Part shown: positions 11,867 through 26,520 of the stretch, piece by piece
How the letters are laid out: every line of letters starts with the position of its first letter
How positions within the stretch are numbered: position 1 is the stretch's first letter
DNA from: Welwitschia mirabilis
Taxonomy: Eukaryota
DNA length: 64,000 nt
Assembly (NCBI GenBank): GCA_051453625.1
Contig: JBOZIK010000001.1
Span: 24,194,844-24,258,843 of the forward strand
Direction of reading: 5' to 3'
Translations under genes and position numbers: made by a program
Notes under the pieces: model-generated
The model's database searches: none
Told to the model about the DNA's origin: nothing
Seen by the model: only the letters and a program-made list of their open reading frames with translations

Positions 11867-14674
11867 TAATAACTCCTTAAGACTTGTACTTCTTGTTACC
11901 TCTTTTATGCTTCTTTGAATGCATGTTTGCAATTTCTTTTACTATTTACATGACTTTAGTTTATTTTACATGCATTATATTCTCCTTTGAATGTGATTTT
12001 TTTGCTTGTAAAACCAGACTTTACAAGAACACAATGCCACTATCAGGAAAATGAAATTGGAGGCTTATTATGGCTATACTTTATGTTGTCTTAAGTTGAG
12101 CTTTTAGACTTCATCCTCTCCTACTATAGCTCTCTATTTTCGTTTATGGCTTAATTTTTCAATCCTCACAGAAAAACCAACCAAAAAAAAATACCTCTTT
12201 TCAATGTTTGATGGTTTTCTGAATTTTTGCAGAGATGCCTCATGATCGAATCTTGCATGCCTGCACTACTGTATCTTGTTAACTAGTTTATCCTACTAGT
12301 TCTTGATCTGCATGATAGCTTGATCCTTTTACCTATGCCTGCACTTGCTTTCTGCTTCATCATTGAGTCCACCAGCCTTTTTTATTACACTCCATTCTCC
12401 TCTATGCTTGTCATTGCTCTACCACATCTTTATTTATGCTTAGTAATGCTGCCTCCTTATGCTTGTGTGTCACTACCTCCCTATGCAACTTCTCTTCTAT
12501 TGTCATAATTCTTTACTCACTATTGATCTGCACCATGCCCCATCAGCTAGATTTCTTTCCTGGGCTGTGCTATCTATTAGCAATACCATTGTCTGTGTTG
12601 CATTATTTGTGATTATTTAGTCTATGCTGCTTGTCATTACCTCTACCGTTTTTGCTCACTGTCACTACCTTCAATCTATGCACTTGATTTTTGTTTTGCC
12701 TGTCTAACCGCCTCACAGTTCTACTATCCATGGTTCTACATCTCTCCTTTGCATGACTGCCTTTATCACGCACTCGCAAGCTGCCATACTTTTAGCTTTG
12801 CAGATCTGTCGAGCTTGCCTACTATCACTTTGATCTTTCTTATGCTATGTTTTCAACACAGTGCCAGCATGCTTACCATTGTTATTGATTAGTCCTGCCT
12901 ATGTTACCTTCACGTGCCCGCAGTGCCATTTTTTTGGCTTTATATTGGTAATGATTTGTTTTATTCTATTAGAAGTTAGTCTTAGCAACAAAGTATTGGT
13001 GTAATAGCAAAGATAGTCCATTAATATGCTAAAGGAACATGGTTTAATTTTTGGCTAATGGAAAAGGGATTTTCTCAAATTTATGCTTTGTAATTCTTAA
13101 TCTTGTGCACATGTAAGATTCCTTAGCCATTGTTTAGCCATTGCCTATTTCTACACAGATGCAGTTTAGCTAAGCCGTTGGTAACCATTAGCTTTATTTG
13201 ATGCACGTTGGTAGTTTTTAGATTTTTTCTATTTTTTAGCTATTTTTTAATTTTCTTGAGTCTTTTAGGCATTTTCCACACTTATAAGCCCCCAACTTAG
13301 TTTTTTAAGTATTTATTTGTGCTTTTAAAGGGTATTTAAGAATTTTTTAAACTAAATTATGAGTTGTTAACCTTGTTTTTTACTTATCAAGTCAAGATTT
13401 TAATGTGGAGCAAGATCCACTTGACTTAACTTTTTCTCTTAGTTAGACCTTTTTTTTTTTTTTTTGTAAGGAGTGATTTGNNNNNNNNNNATTGAACTAA
13501 GTCTGAGATGTTGAGCAAGATCCACTTATCTTAACTATACTAAGTCAAGACCTATTCTTGTATGTGTATTTTTGATGTTTTCCTTTTATCTTTCTCATAC
13601 TTAATATTTTTATTTTTTTACGATTAAGGTTTAAAATTGGAAATTACTTTTATTCCTAAAAACATCACATTTTCCATTGGTAATAAGTCTTGATTAGTGA
13701 TAGGCATGGAGAGCCTTATGTAAATAGAGATCCATATTAGATTATGCTGTAATCTGAGCTTACTTTGCAATCTTAACTACCTTGATTATGAAATTTGAAT
13801 CATATAGAGAGTCATATCTCTCTTAAGCAAAAACACCTTTAGAATCCCAAGGTCCATATTTTCATGGACACCTTAGTAACCGAGGGTACATTAGGTGAAT
13901 GCTAGAGGCATAATGGTAGGTTCCCCTTGGATTTCATCACCAAGTCAACAAGAATTCATAAATGTAATTACTTTTAAGATTTACTGAGTCTAAGGTATAA
14001 TTAAGTCACTAACATTGCATGGTACTCTCCCTTAAGGGGTATATAGCTAAGGTAACTAAAACTGACTGATGACTTGGATGCCTCACTAAGGTGATTTACA
14101 ATTTTTTCCTTCTAATCTCTCAAGAGAAAAGGATACCATCCTTAGAAAGGACATGATCATTACCCGAATTTAGGAGCAAACACTAAAATAGACAAATCTA
14201 CATTTCCATTACCTAATAATGAAATTAGGTCCCTTCGCATTAAAATTTAATTCACTCATATTAAGAGATTTTTAACAAATTACCTTGTTTGTTCTCATGC
14301 ACATAGGTTTTTCATGGCTTAGAAGGAGATTTATCTTGATTGTCACACATTATGGTTTACATAAATCACTCAGATTTTTGGGATTGCTTCCTTTTCATTA
14401 TGACTATACCTCTTTGTCATGACTTTATTTTTATTTTATTACATTGTGACTTGGATAAATCACTTAAACTTGTGGATGAGAGCAAGATCCCTTTTTAGGT
14501 GATTATACCATTGTTTTTAATTATTTTTACTTTTTCCTACTTTGGGATTTTTATAAGTTTTATTTATGTGTTTGATAGATTATCTTCTTAGTGGTGGACG
14601 TAAGTAAGATCCCTCTGGAATTTAACTTTACCTCATAACTTGTCAACCCTTCTCTTTATTTTTGGTATTTATCA
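11867..14674. mobile_element. Probable ~2.8-kb solo LTR of a large-LTR (Gypsy-type) element inserted at the end of the nested Copia 5' LTR
   Basis: The match to the 3' LTR stops at 11866. Termini taataac (decayed TGATAAC) ... ttatca are inverted. TATA-like cttataag at ~13281. Repeated gagcaagatcc motif (~13408, 13514, 14480). No coding motifs and no clean TSD. Confidence 0.5.
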
Positions 14675-14745
14675 TGACTTTGACATCAAAAGGCAGATTC
14701 TAGGTTTTGTCAGAGAGCTTCGCACTCATATTGACTACTAAAATA

Positions 14746-17525
14746 ATGGCCAACCTTAGAACGATCTTACATTATGATCAGAGTTTGGAAGATTGGAATA
14801 AGAATTTTAGGTCAACAATGTGCATTTATAGTTTTAATACAGATTTTTTTTCAAAACAGGACATGTTCCTCTACAAAATTAAGATGAATAAAATGAATGG
14901 CAAGCCATTGATTACAAGATTACTGAGCATAAGCAGTTGGTTAATCAAAGCAAGTCTTATTATACCAACTATTATACGTTTCATGATATATTTTGTGCAA
15001 AGAATGACCTAGAATTGATTAATATCATTATAAGCATGAATAACCTTCATTAAAAAGGGGCAAAATGCATCAGCTTGTATCTCAGATGATGGAAAATAAA
15101 GTAAAGGTTACTAAAATAGACCCTGCGAATAAAGTTTGCATTAATTATGTTAATTTGATTCATTGTTGTTTGGAGGATTTATCCATTTGTAGCTACATTC
15201 TATCCCTTCATGAAAGTAAAAAACTATCAAATATGAACTTTTACATGCTCAACAAGGATCTTATTGCCACTAAAGCTTAATTTATCTTCATAGGTGCCTT
15301 GTCCTTTAATGTAGCATTCAAAATTTTTCATTCTCATGGATATCCTTCTAAACATAAGAAGTCTTCTAAAACGCTCCTCCATCAAAGGCATCTCATCATA
15401 AAAAGGGCAAGGATCCATAAAAATAGCAAAAAAAGCCTAATTAGACTCAACCAAATAAGAAGCAAGTTCAGCATACTACTACTCCAGGTAAAAACAGTGC
15501 TTACAATGTGGAAGATAAGGTCATATCATGGAATTTTGTCAAATACCTTGGGATAAGATTAAATCTACACCTAAGGATAATGTAGTTATTAAATAATTTG
15601 ATTTCCTTGATGATGATAAAAATTTTGAATCAAATGTAGTCTTTGAAAATTCTAACTTTGTGGGTATGAGTGAGCATAAACCTCATTATGAGACCTAGAT
15701 TCTTAACATAGGAGCTACTCATCACATGATTTATTGGCAGGATTATTTTGATGACTTCGTCGAAGTGCTAACTTAGGTTTATTAGGTAGATGAAACTCTA
15801 GTTTTAATGGAAGACTATGATTTGATTAGCCTTAACTTGACATCGCTCTCTCCATAGACTATTTCTAATGTTTTATGTGTGCCTTCTTTGAAATGACATC
15901 TTCTATTGCTTTCCACTCTGGTGTGAGAAGATCACTTAATTTTTATGATGAAGTGATCATTGGAGATTTTTTATTGCAATCAACATCTAGTTATGAAAGG
16001 CAACATGAATTAAAAACTCATTAATCTTCATGATTATGTCAAAATGTAAGAGATCGTTTGCACAATTTCCTAAGACAAAATCTCTTGCTCGCTATTGTGG
16101 CATGCTTAATTAGGATATCCTACTCCTTTCATGATGAATATGATGTGTGAGAATGGATACCATCTTCTTCTATTCATTCTAAAAGATTTTCCTTAATGTG
16201 AAGCATTTATAATGGGCAAAGAAACTAGACAATGATTTGCACCTAGAAAGTGGTGTCCTGATCAAAAGATTTTTCCTATTTATAGTTATCTATGTGGATC
16301 TATATAGTTTCTACTCTTTAAGGTGGCTTTCATTATTTTATATCTTTTATTAATAACTTTTCATTAATGGTTTGAATCTATTTCATCAAGTACAAATCTC
16401 AAACATTGGACATTTTCAAGAAGTTCAAAAATAAAGTGAAAAAGCAATCCGATTATGGGATTAAGTCTTTCCACTTAGATAATGGTCGTGAATATACATC
16501 TACCAAGTTTAAGGACTTTCTCACTTCTGAATACATTCATCATTTAAAGACCTACCCTATGAAATCTTAACAAAATGGCATTATTGGGTGATTTAATCAC
16601 ACAATCATGGATGTGACACATTCCATGATGTATTTCAATGATTGTAAGACATATCTTTGGGGTGAATCAGTGAATATCGTTGTGCATCTTAATAACCTCA
16701 TTGGTCATTATACTAAAAAAGGAGTATCTCCAACTATGAAGTAATATGGGTATAAGCCAAAGTTATATCACTTTCATATTTTTAGTTGCTATTCCACATG
16801 AACATCATAAAAAATTTGAAGCACATTCTTGTATCGACATCTTTATAGAATATCCAACTGACCAAAAGGGCTATTGAGTTTATCTTCTAGAGCATTAGAA
16901 GATCATTATTTCTCATGATATCATTTTTTTCAAAGACTTTTAATAATGATTCTTAACTTGATCTTTTAAGGCTTCATCCTTCCTATAACATGGTAATAAT
17001 CTCGGATGCTAGATGTCCTATGGTTAAGGGGGAATATGTAGCTACTAGTCTTGCTCTAGTTTCTTATATTGATATGGATTCTTTACAACCTATAGGAATT
17101 AAGAAATTTAGTACCCTAAGAACTCTTAATCATGGTTCTAGTAGCAATTTAGTAGGAAATTTAGTGCTTGGTTACAAGCTACTCTTCAAGATGTTCATGA
17201 TGATGAAAAGGGTAAAACTAGAACTAGATACAACTGACATATAACTCATTATGATGATGTTAACATGCTTCATCTAATTTTAGGTGATAAACCAACTTCT
17301 TTAAACTATATCAATCTACATAATCAGTGGATCCAAGTCATAAAAGAAGAATACTTTGCTTTTGTAGAAAATGGTACATGGGAGTTAAACCATAAAATTA
17401 AGAAACTTATACAACATGAAGTAATTATACCAGTACATCCTCTGATTATTGAACCAATAACACTGCTTAAACAAAAATACCTAGTTGAGAGAAGTTCGAG
17501 TATTTCCAAGTCAAGATTGGATTAA
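14746..17525 (+). pseudogene. Copia gag-pol pseudogene of the nested element
   Basis: *(W)ILNIGATHHM protease (~15696-15728); LWHA*LGYP (~16095); DNGREY (~16478); QNG (~16571); RT start WIQVIKEE..VENGTWEL (17328-17387) joined directly to RNaseH-tail-like HKIKKLIQ. Confidence 0.8.
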
Positions 17526-17884
17526 TAATGAGTTGAGTTAAACTCATTTCTTTCTTGTATATCATGGGCTTCATTTCACTTTTGAGCTTTGATTGAAGTT
17601 ACATCTAATATTAGTACTACAGGATGGGTAGTACAAATATGACCTAGTATTATAGAATGTGTAATACATGTTTTGGCATAGTATTATGAGATGTTTAATG
17701 AACATAATAAGCCTATCTGCTATGGGATGTATAATAGTAAATTAACTGCTTCTTTCACGAAGTAGTTCTGTTACACGACAACTCCTTTCTAGAGGTTTTA
17801 TTGTAGGCCACATTCCTAAGGTTTTCCCCAAGTAATTCAGTTTTTTCTTGGAAGAGAGTGTATTCCCACATTGAGGGGGGGAGT

Positions 17885-18052
17885 TACTAAGGCTAGTACA
17901 CACTATGATCCCATGCCTAGGGATATGTGAAAACCCTAGTGGTATGCTTATCTGTTTAAGCAAGCTCTTTGTTTAAATAAGATAGAGAAAAAATAGAATT
18001 TATATTTTGGAAATCTTGTGCTTACCATTTTTGATACTCTTATTTTCTAACA
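17885..18052 (+). repeat. 3' LTR of the nested Copia
   Basis: Follows the PPT, ends in ...taaca, and is a direct repeat of 11711-11866. Confidence 0.85.
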
Positions 18053-18549
18053 GATTAATTGTGTAGTGCATTATATAACTATAATAATTATCTCCATGAG
18101 TAGTGCTTAGTGATCTTTAAAAAGGGAGAGAATGAAAATGTTAGAGAAGAAGGCAAATATTAGAAGGTAAAGAGAGAGAGACAGAGACATAGTTAAAGAT
18201 GTCTATTTATTCTTGTTATATCTCTGATGATTTAAAAATATTATTTACATTATTATTCCTTTTTAAGTGATTATTATTATATTGTCATCATTTAATTTAG
18301 CTTAATTTGGATATGTGTTATATCTTTGTGTTACTGCTATGCTTTTAAATCCCATTGTCTTTACTATTATACTTTTTTTGTGAGTTTTATAAAACTGTAG
18401 TCTTTGAAAATTTTAACTTAGTACTATTTCTCTATCATGGCTTAAAAATATTAGTATCTTTGTTAATATGTAATTTTTAATTAATTAATTAAGGATGAAA
18501 CTTCTAACAAAGTTGATAAGTTTTGAACATCATTAAAAATGGGATAGAT

Positions 18550-20141
18550 TATTAACATATTAGTTTTTATGTGCGATCATGTGTATGTAAGGATCATGAA
18601 GTTGAGAATACATTCAGGTGCATTAAATACATCTACAAGATGGAAGACATCTATAACATGTAGAGATGTATAAAAGAGTTGAAAACATCTATAAAACATC
18701 CAATGAGTTTTTCTAAAGTTAAGTTTAGAATTAATGTCCTAGCTAGTATGATGTATTTAAGGAACTTATAAAGAGGACATATAAACAAGGTGAAGACATC
18801 TACTATAACTTTAAATATCTATATAATAGGAGATATCTTAGATAAATAAAGTAACATTCATTAGAAGATGCCGATAGAGTTAGAAGATGTCTACAAATTA
18901 AGCAGAGGTCTATAGCATCAAAAAAACATCTTGACTAATTTAGAGGAACTTAACAAAAGACATGTACTAAAGATGATGACGTATTAGCTAAGCTTGAGGA
19001 ATTAAAAGAGAATAAAAAGGGTTAAAGATGTTTGAATATATTATTAAACATGTTTATAAGACATGAAGACATCTATTAAAGTTAAATATGTCTTAGCTAA
19101 ACTTAGAACCATGATAGAATGGCTATGGACTAAAGATCTCTAGGATAAATGAAGACATCTATAACAACTAAGTAAATCTAGAAATATTAAAAATAACTAC
19201 TACAAATTAAAATGGAAAAATAACATAGTGATTGAAGGGCATGAATCTAATAATTTTACATGCTTTCCTTTAAGGAAAACCTAACAGAGGGTTCCTATAT
19301 AAGAAAAAACAAAAAAACCTAAGTTCAAAAAGATTTATATAAAAAGAATCATAGAGGAATCAAGGGGTAAAAATGAGAAACCAGTAAATAGATTAGAAAT
19401 GAAAAGCATAAGCAAGCAAGTTAGGAAACTAAAATGACATATGAAAAAAGAAGATTAGCAATAAGAATTTGTCATTGAAAGTTGGGATTATTTTCCTTTA
19501 GGATGTGAAGTTTTCATATTCTTTTAAGAAGGATTCTCATCATTGCTACATTATGAAAAAGAAGATAGTAAAAATAGTTTTTTAAATCTCATCTCTTCTT
19601 CTCCTTAGTATGAAATTTGCATTTACTTTATTTTGCTCTCTATTATCTCAAGCTTGATCCTTTTCTTTATAGGTTTTGTACGTAGAGATGAACATATGAT
19701 TATATAAGGATCTCTGTAGTTCCACATATTATATCCACTTAGCCTTTAAAAGGCTTGGATGTTATTGGGTCCAAGTTAGATTCTAAGTTGTACATGTTTC
19801 AAGTGAGGTACTAAGGTGTGTTCTTGAGAGAAACACATATGTTGTGTTTTTGAATCCTAATGGGTTGAGTTAATTGTCTTGCAAAGGAAAACTCTTTGTA
19901 CTAAGATTTGTGATATTGGTAATGATTCAAAAACGATAGTTTTGTGATAAATAATAAATATCTAAAGTATGCCCAATTTAACCCTTCATGTGTGGAGTAT
20001 CTAGGTTGGAAATCCACATTAGATTCATAAGAGTTTCATTTTTGTAGCATGCTTTTAAATTCCATTAACTATTAATTTTTGTTTATGGTATAATTTTCTT
20101 GGAATTTGTCCACCCCTCTCCTCCAAGTTTAAGAATCCACA
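18550..20141 (+). repeat. 3' LTR of the outer SIRE-like element
   Basis: Collinear with 4428-6000 (e.g. gcattaaata.atcta..a.atg.aagacatcta.aacatg). Ends aatccaca. Confidence 0.85.
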
Positions 20142-21499
20142 AGGATAAAAGCATCACATATTAATATATAATAAAGTGATTTATTATGAAAAAAAAAAGT
20201 TCTTATTTTTAAGCACTCATTTAAGATACTTCTTTAAAGTAGAAATATCTAGAGGAAAGATAAAAGTAGAAAAATAATATCTTAAATAATTTTCTTATTA
20301 TAGAATTAATCTCCCAAATAATTTTAGTGTTAACACTTGAAAAAAATTACTATGTTTTGAGAATTATAAAGCCATATGAAATAATGTTACAAATAAAATT
20401 CTTACAATACTTTTTATCACATAATAAGCATGAACTACATAACACAAATTAGTATAATACTTTTTAGCATATAACAAATATAAAACAACGTATACTTCTA
20501 ACTCAAGTACATTTCAATAACAAGAGTAATCATTATATTAATGTTGTAATGTAAAGTGACATTACAAATTTGATGTCCATTTTTAGGCTTCAATAATAAT
20601 GACAAGACTTCTAATATTTCTCTATTAAAAGAGGAATTTATCAAGCTCTTGCATTTACTCTCTAGAAGAACCTCCTTTATAAACCAAGAAGTGATACTTT
20701 TACTAAGCAAGATTAATCAAGGTAAAATGTGTCCTCTCTAGTAATATTATACATATTTATAATGTTTGTAAGGCTTAATAAAATCTAATAGTTATAAATT
20801 AATACAAGAAAATTGACAAGGGCTACAATATCATATTCTTCACAATAAATAAATTTTTAATCCTTAACTATGCTCTACAACACACAAAATAAGTGCTACC
20901 TATTCAAGTTTCTAGATTTCTATTTCTAGTTTACTCACATAAAGGAACATTCATACATTCATAATATCTCACGCCTTTGTTACAAATGTAAAAATACAAT
21001 GTTAGCTACTAATAAATTAATCATAATTTAATGTAATAATAAAAATAACAACTTTTGAACTTGCCATCTTGTCACAAAGTCCTTAAAGAAAAACATCCAA
21101 ATCTATAATTAATTTTAAGTTTTAGGGATAAAAATATAAGAATTAAATGAATATAAGAATCAAATGAATCTTAATTGGAAAATAATGATTAATTTATTTG
21201 ATAAGATAGGGGCCTCACCTTTTACGTGTCCATGATTATATATTCTTGAATGTCCAAGAACTCATAGATAGCTTTTAGAGTAGAAGAGCTGGAGATTTCA
21301 TTTAGTAACATTTCATACTTCTTGACTTTATATTATTATAAGATGTTAGAATCATTAAAGAAAAAATAACTTGTTATAAAGTTATTTATTAAAAATATTA
21401 TTACATTTGTTACAATGCATTGTAGTAGTAAAGGTAGTTCTTGTATCATTCTTCACCTATGTTAACACTCTAAAGTAGTTCAAAATGATCATTATTCTT

Positions 21500-24400
21500 A
21501 AAATAGATGTAGCTAGATGCTTCTTTCTTCCATGAGATTTTTGGAATTGGACTTATTATTCTAAAAGAATTTCCTTGTAATTAGAGTCAACTTACTCACT
21601 TCCACATGTTTCTTAGATTTTTGATGAATATTTTATTATGACTAAGAATTTGTCTAATAATACTAAAAACTCCTCTTTTCACATGAATTCTTCAAGAAGG
21701 GGAAAAAAGTTTCCACTCTTCTCTTAAAGAACAAATTTTTCTTACTAATTATCTCTAGCAATGTTGACATTTTTAGAGTTTTTTATACTTTATTAAGTAT
21801 TTAATTAGGACATGATCATATTCATTAATTCCTTGATATATTTTATTTTTATTTTGTTTCTTTATGGAATCATAATGCTTTTATTAAACTATGGAATTTT
21901 TTTTATAGATTAAATTTAGGAACTTAACCAAGAAACATCATTCTTCATTCTTTAAATGGCAAGAAGACTTATGTAATTCTAAGTTAGATAAAACTATTTT
22001 GCATATTTTATAAAAAGCAGAGCCTCATCTAATTGGTAAAGTTTGATGGATTGCATGATGGATATGTGCTATCTATTATATCTCAAATCATTCTAGATAT
22101 GTTAGTAATTAAATGGCTACTAAAGTAAGAGAAGTATATTTAAATGCTTAATAGTATATGTTATTAATTTTTATTATTATAGAACAAGATCCTTTAATCA
22201 CCATTTCCATAATAAGTTTTAAGAAATCAATATTTATTTAAATTATTGTAAAATCTACTTTACTAAAAATATTTTATTAAGTATGAAATTTCTTGGCTTA
22301 ACATTTAAGCTTCTAATTAGAGGGGAAAAGAAGGTTTTCTTAATAGAGATTTATTTTTATTCAATTAAACAAACCAAAATTTAATGGTTATTTACACTTT
22401 AATCTTTAAACTATTTTTAGTTATTTAGTTAGGTATTTTACTAAGATCTTTAGAGTAGATTATTTTTATTTGCATCTCTTTGACCAAAATGCTAATTTTA
22501 TTTTCCAAAAAATTAAAAAATTCATCATTAAATTTTAGATGAATATATTATGAAGGATGAGTTGAAAGTAGTTGCTTTAACATTGTTAAATGATAAGGCT
22601 CTACAAGTGGATGGTTTTTCCATAAAATTCTATAGAACACATCAATATATTTTAGGAAAAGACCACTTTTAGACTATTTAGGAAGTCATACGAAGATAGA
22701 TTTAGTCAAAATCATAATTAATATGTGATTCATCTTACTAAAAATTAAGTGATTTTCACTCCGTTTCTAATTAGAGACCAACCACTTTAATTAATGTTTC
22801 TTACAAAATTTTAGCTTTATGTTTAGTTAATAGATTAAATACTATACTACTTGACATTATTTATACTGAGAAGAATGATTTTGTTAAATGTATATATGTT
22901 CATAATAAAGTTGCATTTTCCTAAAAACATTTAGCATAGGTAAAGGATACTAATCAAGATATTATCTTCCTTCAACTTGATGATGTAGAAGATTATGATA
23001 AAATTGAATAAAACTTTATTTAGCTTACATAGAAAACCTAGGATTTGAATAGGTTTACATTCATAAGATAAATTACTTATTTAAGAATGCCAATTCTTAT
23101 GTTACCACTATAGGAGGCATTAGTTGCATCTATTTTATTAAAATACTTATAAGACAAGAATGTCCCTAGCTACTCCCTATGTCTTTACTATTGTAATTAA
23201 CTATTTATGCTATGCTAATTAGAATGATAAGTAGGATAACCTCATTTATGGTGTTTTTATTAGTAAAAATCAAAATGAGTTATTAACATGAACTTTATAG
23301 ATCAATCTACCTTTTTACGTAAGAATCCTCAAGCTATAATTTTTTCTGGGGATTGATCTTTGTTACTCTCTCTTGGGTTCTAGGTTCAATTAGAAAAAAT
23401 CTTTAGCATTTATTGTTTTTAAAAAATGAACACAACGCTTCTCTAAATCATGAGAATGTTTCAATACAATAAGATGATGAAAATCCTTGAAATTTTCATT
23501 CTTTTCAATTTACTTGTAGCTAACTATGAAATTTTACTATTAATAAATTGACTTCCAACGTAAATAAATGAAAAGGTAAAAGCTACATAATATTTAGAAG
23601 GTGTTTAATGCATATAATTATTTTTCTACTATTTAAATTTATTATTCCTCTTGTTGGGCTCTCACTATTTCAAGTTATACATGAATTAAAAAGTTACTTA
23701 ATAATTTTAGGTTGTTAGTTAATTACAAAATAAAATGATTTTGCAAATTTGCATGGAGAATTTATTACTTACTAAGGAAAAAAAATAGGTTTTAATCTTT
23801 TTAAGTACTTTCTTCAAGGTATCTTCCTTTGTGGTAAGTGGCTAGATAATTATTTTCACTTCATAGGAAATGGTATGATTTATGTTTTAAATATATAAAG
23901 ACTACTTACTTAAATAACTGAAGAAGCTTAAAATCTATCCATCCTATTAACTAGGTTATGTTTTTAATGGATGTTAAGATTTAAGGCTCTATTTACACAC
24001 TAAAAAAACAAAAAAAAAGAAAAAAAAAGAGAAGAAAGGAAAGAAAATTTGGTATGCACAAAAAATAATTTATAAGAGGATTATTTAGAACATTGTTTTT
24101 CTATTCCTTTTTCTTTATTGCAAGATGTTGTTACATGATGGTTAGCATTAAATGGAATTTTAATTGCTTCTTTAAGATCTCTATTAATAGCTTATTATTT
24201 TAATAGGGGTATGGTATTTCTTTTATGTCTTCACTTACAATTAATAAATTTCATAAAAAACATTCCAGTAGCTATATGATAGCTCAAATGCATAATTTTT
24301 TCAATAGACTTTATTAATAGATTCTTAATATGATTTATGTTTAAGATAAATGTATTTTACATTTAAACTCAAAATAGTGGAACATGATAGTGTTTTAATC

Positions 24401-25250
24401 TTTATACAAAAAAAGATCTTATTATATAGTTTTAGAAGTCATACCCATTAAGAGTTTCTATGATAGTATATGACATACCTTAGACTTAAAGAATTAATAG
24501 ACATTAAAATATTAAAGAATCTAGAAATTACCTATCTTACCAAAATAGCAAAAAATTTTGTCATATGTTCTTAATCAAGGTCTACTTATTGGTAGGACAC
24601 TTATTTAAATGGGATATATAACTACTACTTTCCTTGTTTGCAATAATCTAAATAGTTTTTGACATTGCTTCATTTATTGCTTTATGGCTTAAAATGCTTA
24701 GACGTGGATTCTTATATCCATTTAAGGATTTCATCTAGCTAGAAGCATATCCATCTAAGAAATCTACTAAATTTTCTAAGGCATGATTTATTTATTTGAA
24801 AATGTTTAAGACCTTGCATCCTTTAGGTAATTTAAAATCACCTAGACTCAATGCTTCTACTTTACAAAGTGTTGCATTTCAGATCCATAACAATATGGTA
24901 AAAATTTATTTGATGTTAATTATCTTATTCATTTATTTGAGCATTAGTCAGATGTTCCTTTCTCAGTTTTAGGGTACCTCAGTAAAATCTAGTCATTCCA
25001 TAGCACATCCTTTTTATTCAAAAATTAATGCCAATTCTTATATAGCTTGTAGCCAGTGGAAAGAACAACTACTATGTGAATTGTTATATACCACTCAAGG
25101 ATGTAGAAAAAGATGCTTAAAGATTCACCCCCACTATAAAAGAGTTTATAATTGGTTATAATGATGTATTATCTAATCACATAAATTTATTTAGTTTCAT
25201 TATTTCTACTACCTTTTTATAAGATTCTTAAACTTGTACTTAGTACGTGT
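21500..25250 (+). mobile_element. Degenerate LINE (L1/Tx1-like) ORF2
   Basis: NDKALQVDGFSIKFY (~22589-22633); N*RPTTLINVSYKILA (~22769-22816); LQLD..DYDKIE* (~22970-23010); IRQECP (~23149-23166); zf-RVT-like C..HCF.C (~24630-24680). 5' boundary uncertain. Confidence 0.8.
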
Positions 25251-26520
25251 TTTTGATGTTTATAAAGGTTAATATTAAATTATTAATTAGGATACAATAA
25301 CCTCCCCTTTTTAAAAATGGGTGCTACATGAAAATAATATCTTAGTACTATAAAATATGAGGCACTAATTTTTGAAGAAGATATCAATACATGATATATC
25401 AAGAAAAGGAATCAAGGGGTTTCATGTACCACCTTGACTTTAATTACCCTATTTAAGCATAAATTTATTTCTTAAATATTATTAACTAACATGCCCAATG
25501 GAACCTAGGATCAATTTGTACTTGCATGCTATTAAAAAATTATAAGATTTAAAATAATTAACTAACATAATTACTGCTTAGTTATCATCCCTTTGAGTTT
25601 GCATACAATAACAATGTTAACATTATGTCCTATATTTATTTCTAACTTCTATTTTTGCCATACAAAATTGATGGAATGTTAACTTATTTTATCACATACA
25701 ACGATAATTTTTAGAATAGTACTTAACCAATATAGTGGAAGGTTGCAACTTTTATTAATGGCATTTCAACTAGATCTTTGGCCACCCTCCATATTTAAGT
25801 TAGCTCTATTTTAGGTTCTAGATCATACAAACATAGTTGGGCTTAATTCTAAATGTTTAGAATTCACTTTAATATATCCATAATGCAGGTGATAGGTAGT
25901 ATGTGAGGTAAATGCATGCTTACAAATGACCCTTGCTTCCTTGAATCATCTTAAGACAATGAAACATAATTATTTTAATACCAAGGGCTCAAGATATTAA
26001 GTTGAGATAAGTTCATACATGGGTAACGCAAGAGAGTGGTGATTATAACCACTTCTAGAAGGGTTTATAAATAAAAGTACAATGCAACCCACCTTGGTGA
26101 TGAAGTCCAAGGAGGAAGATGAATAATTATTAAGATTATCTTGATTAAGTTAAATAAATACACCATACAAATGCTAGCATACAATTATATTGATATTTAA
26201 TGGATTGTTTATGTAGTAAAAGTAATTCTGCTCATCATTGGGTTTATTTTACGAAAACAATCATATAGAAGAAAAATAGAGTATATAAACATCATTCTAA
26301 ATTTTTAATAGGGAAACAATACATTTGTAAAGCATAATAGTGATACATGAAAGAAAACATTACTTTATTTTTTCTAACATTATAATAATTCTTTTCAAAC
26401 TAAGGCACATTAGTACATCCAAGTTCTATTGTAAAAACATGCTCCATTTATGGAACTAAGTCAACTCAAAAGCCATCTTAATAAATTATATGTATTTCTG
26501 TTAAAATAAAATTAAGTAAA

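Larger units (their letters stand above)
11711..18052 (+). mobile_element. Nested short-LTR Ty1/Copia element (RT deleted)
   Basis: ~168-bp LTRs at 11711-~11866 (interrupted) and 17885-18052. PPT gagggggggag at ~17873-17883. TSD gatca (11706-11710) / gatta (18053-18057). Confidence 0.85.
4428..20141 (+). mobile_element. SIRE/Sirevirus-like Ty1/Copia LTR retrotransposon (degenerate, RT deleted, interrupted by nested insertions)
   Basis: Alignable ~1.6-kb LTRs at 4428-6000 and 18550-20141. PBS tggtattaaagc (tRNA-iMet-like) at 6003-6014. PPT-like aaaaatgggatagat before 18550 and an extra PPT aaaagggagag at ~18120. C-rich motif near LTR ends. No clean TSD. Confidence 0.85.

Noticed and set aside
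12230..12930. C/T-rich stretch with a hydrophobic 62-aa ORF (12320-12508)
   Set aside because: Low-complexity sequence inside the probable solo LTR; the hydrophobicity follows from T-richness.
20142..21450. Possible DNA transposon or MITE fragment (also 25300-26500)
   Set aside because: No paired TIRs or transposase motifs recognised.
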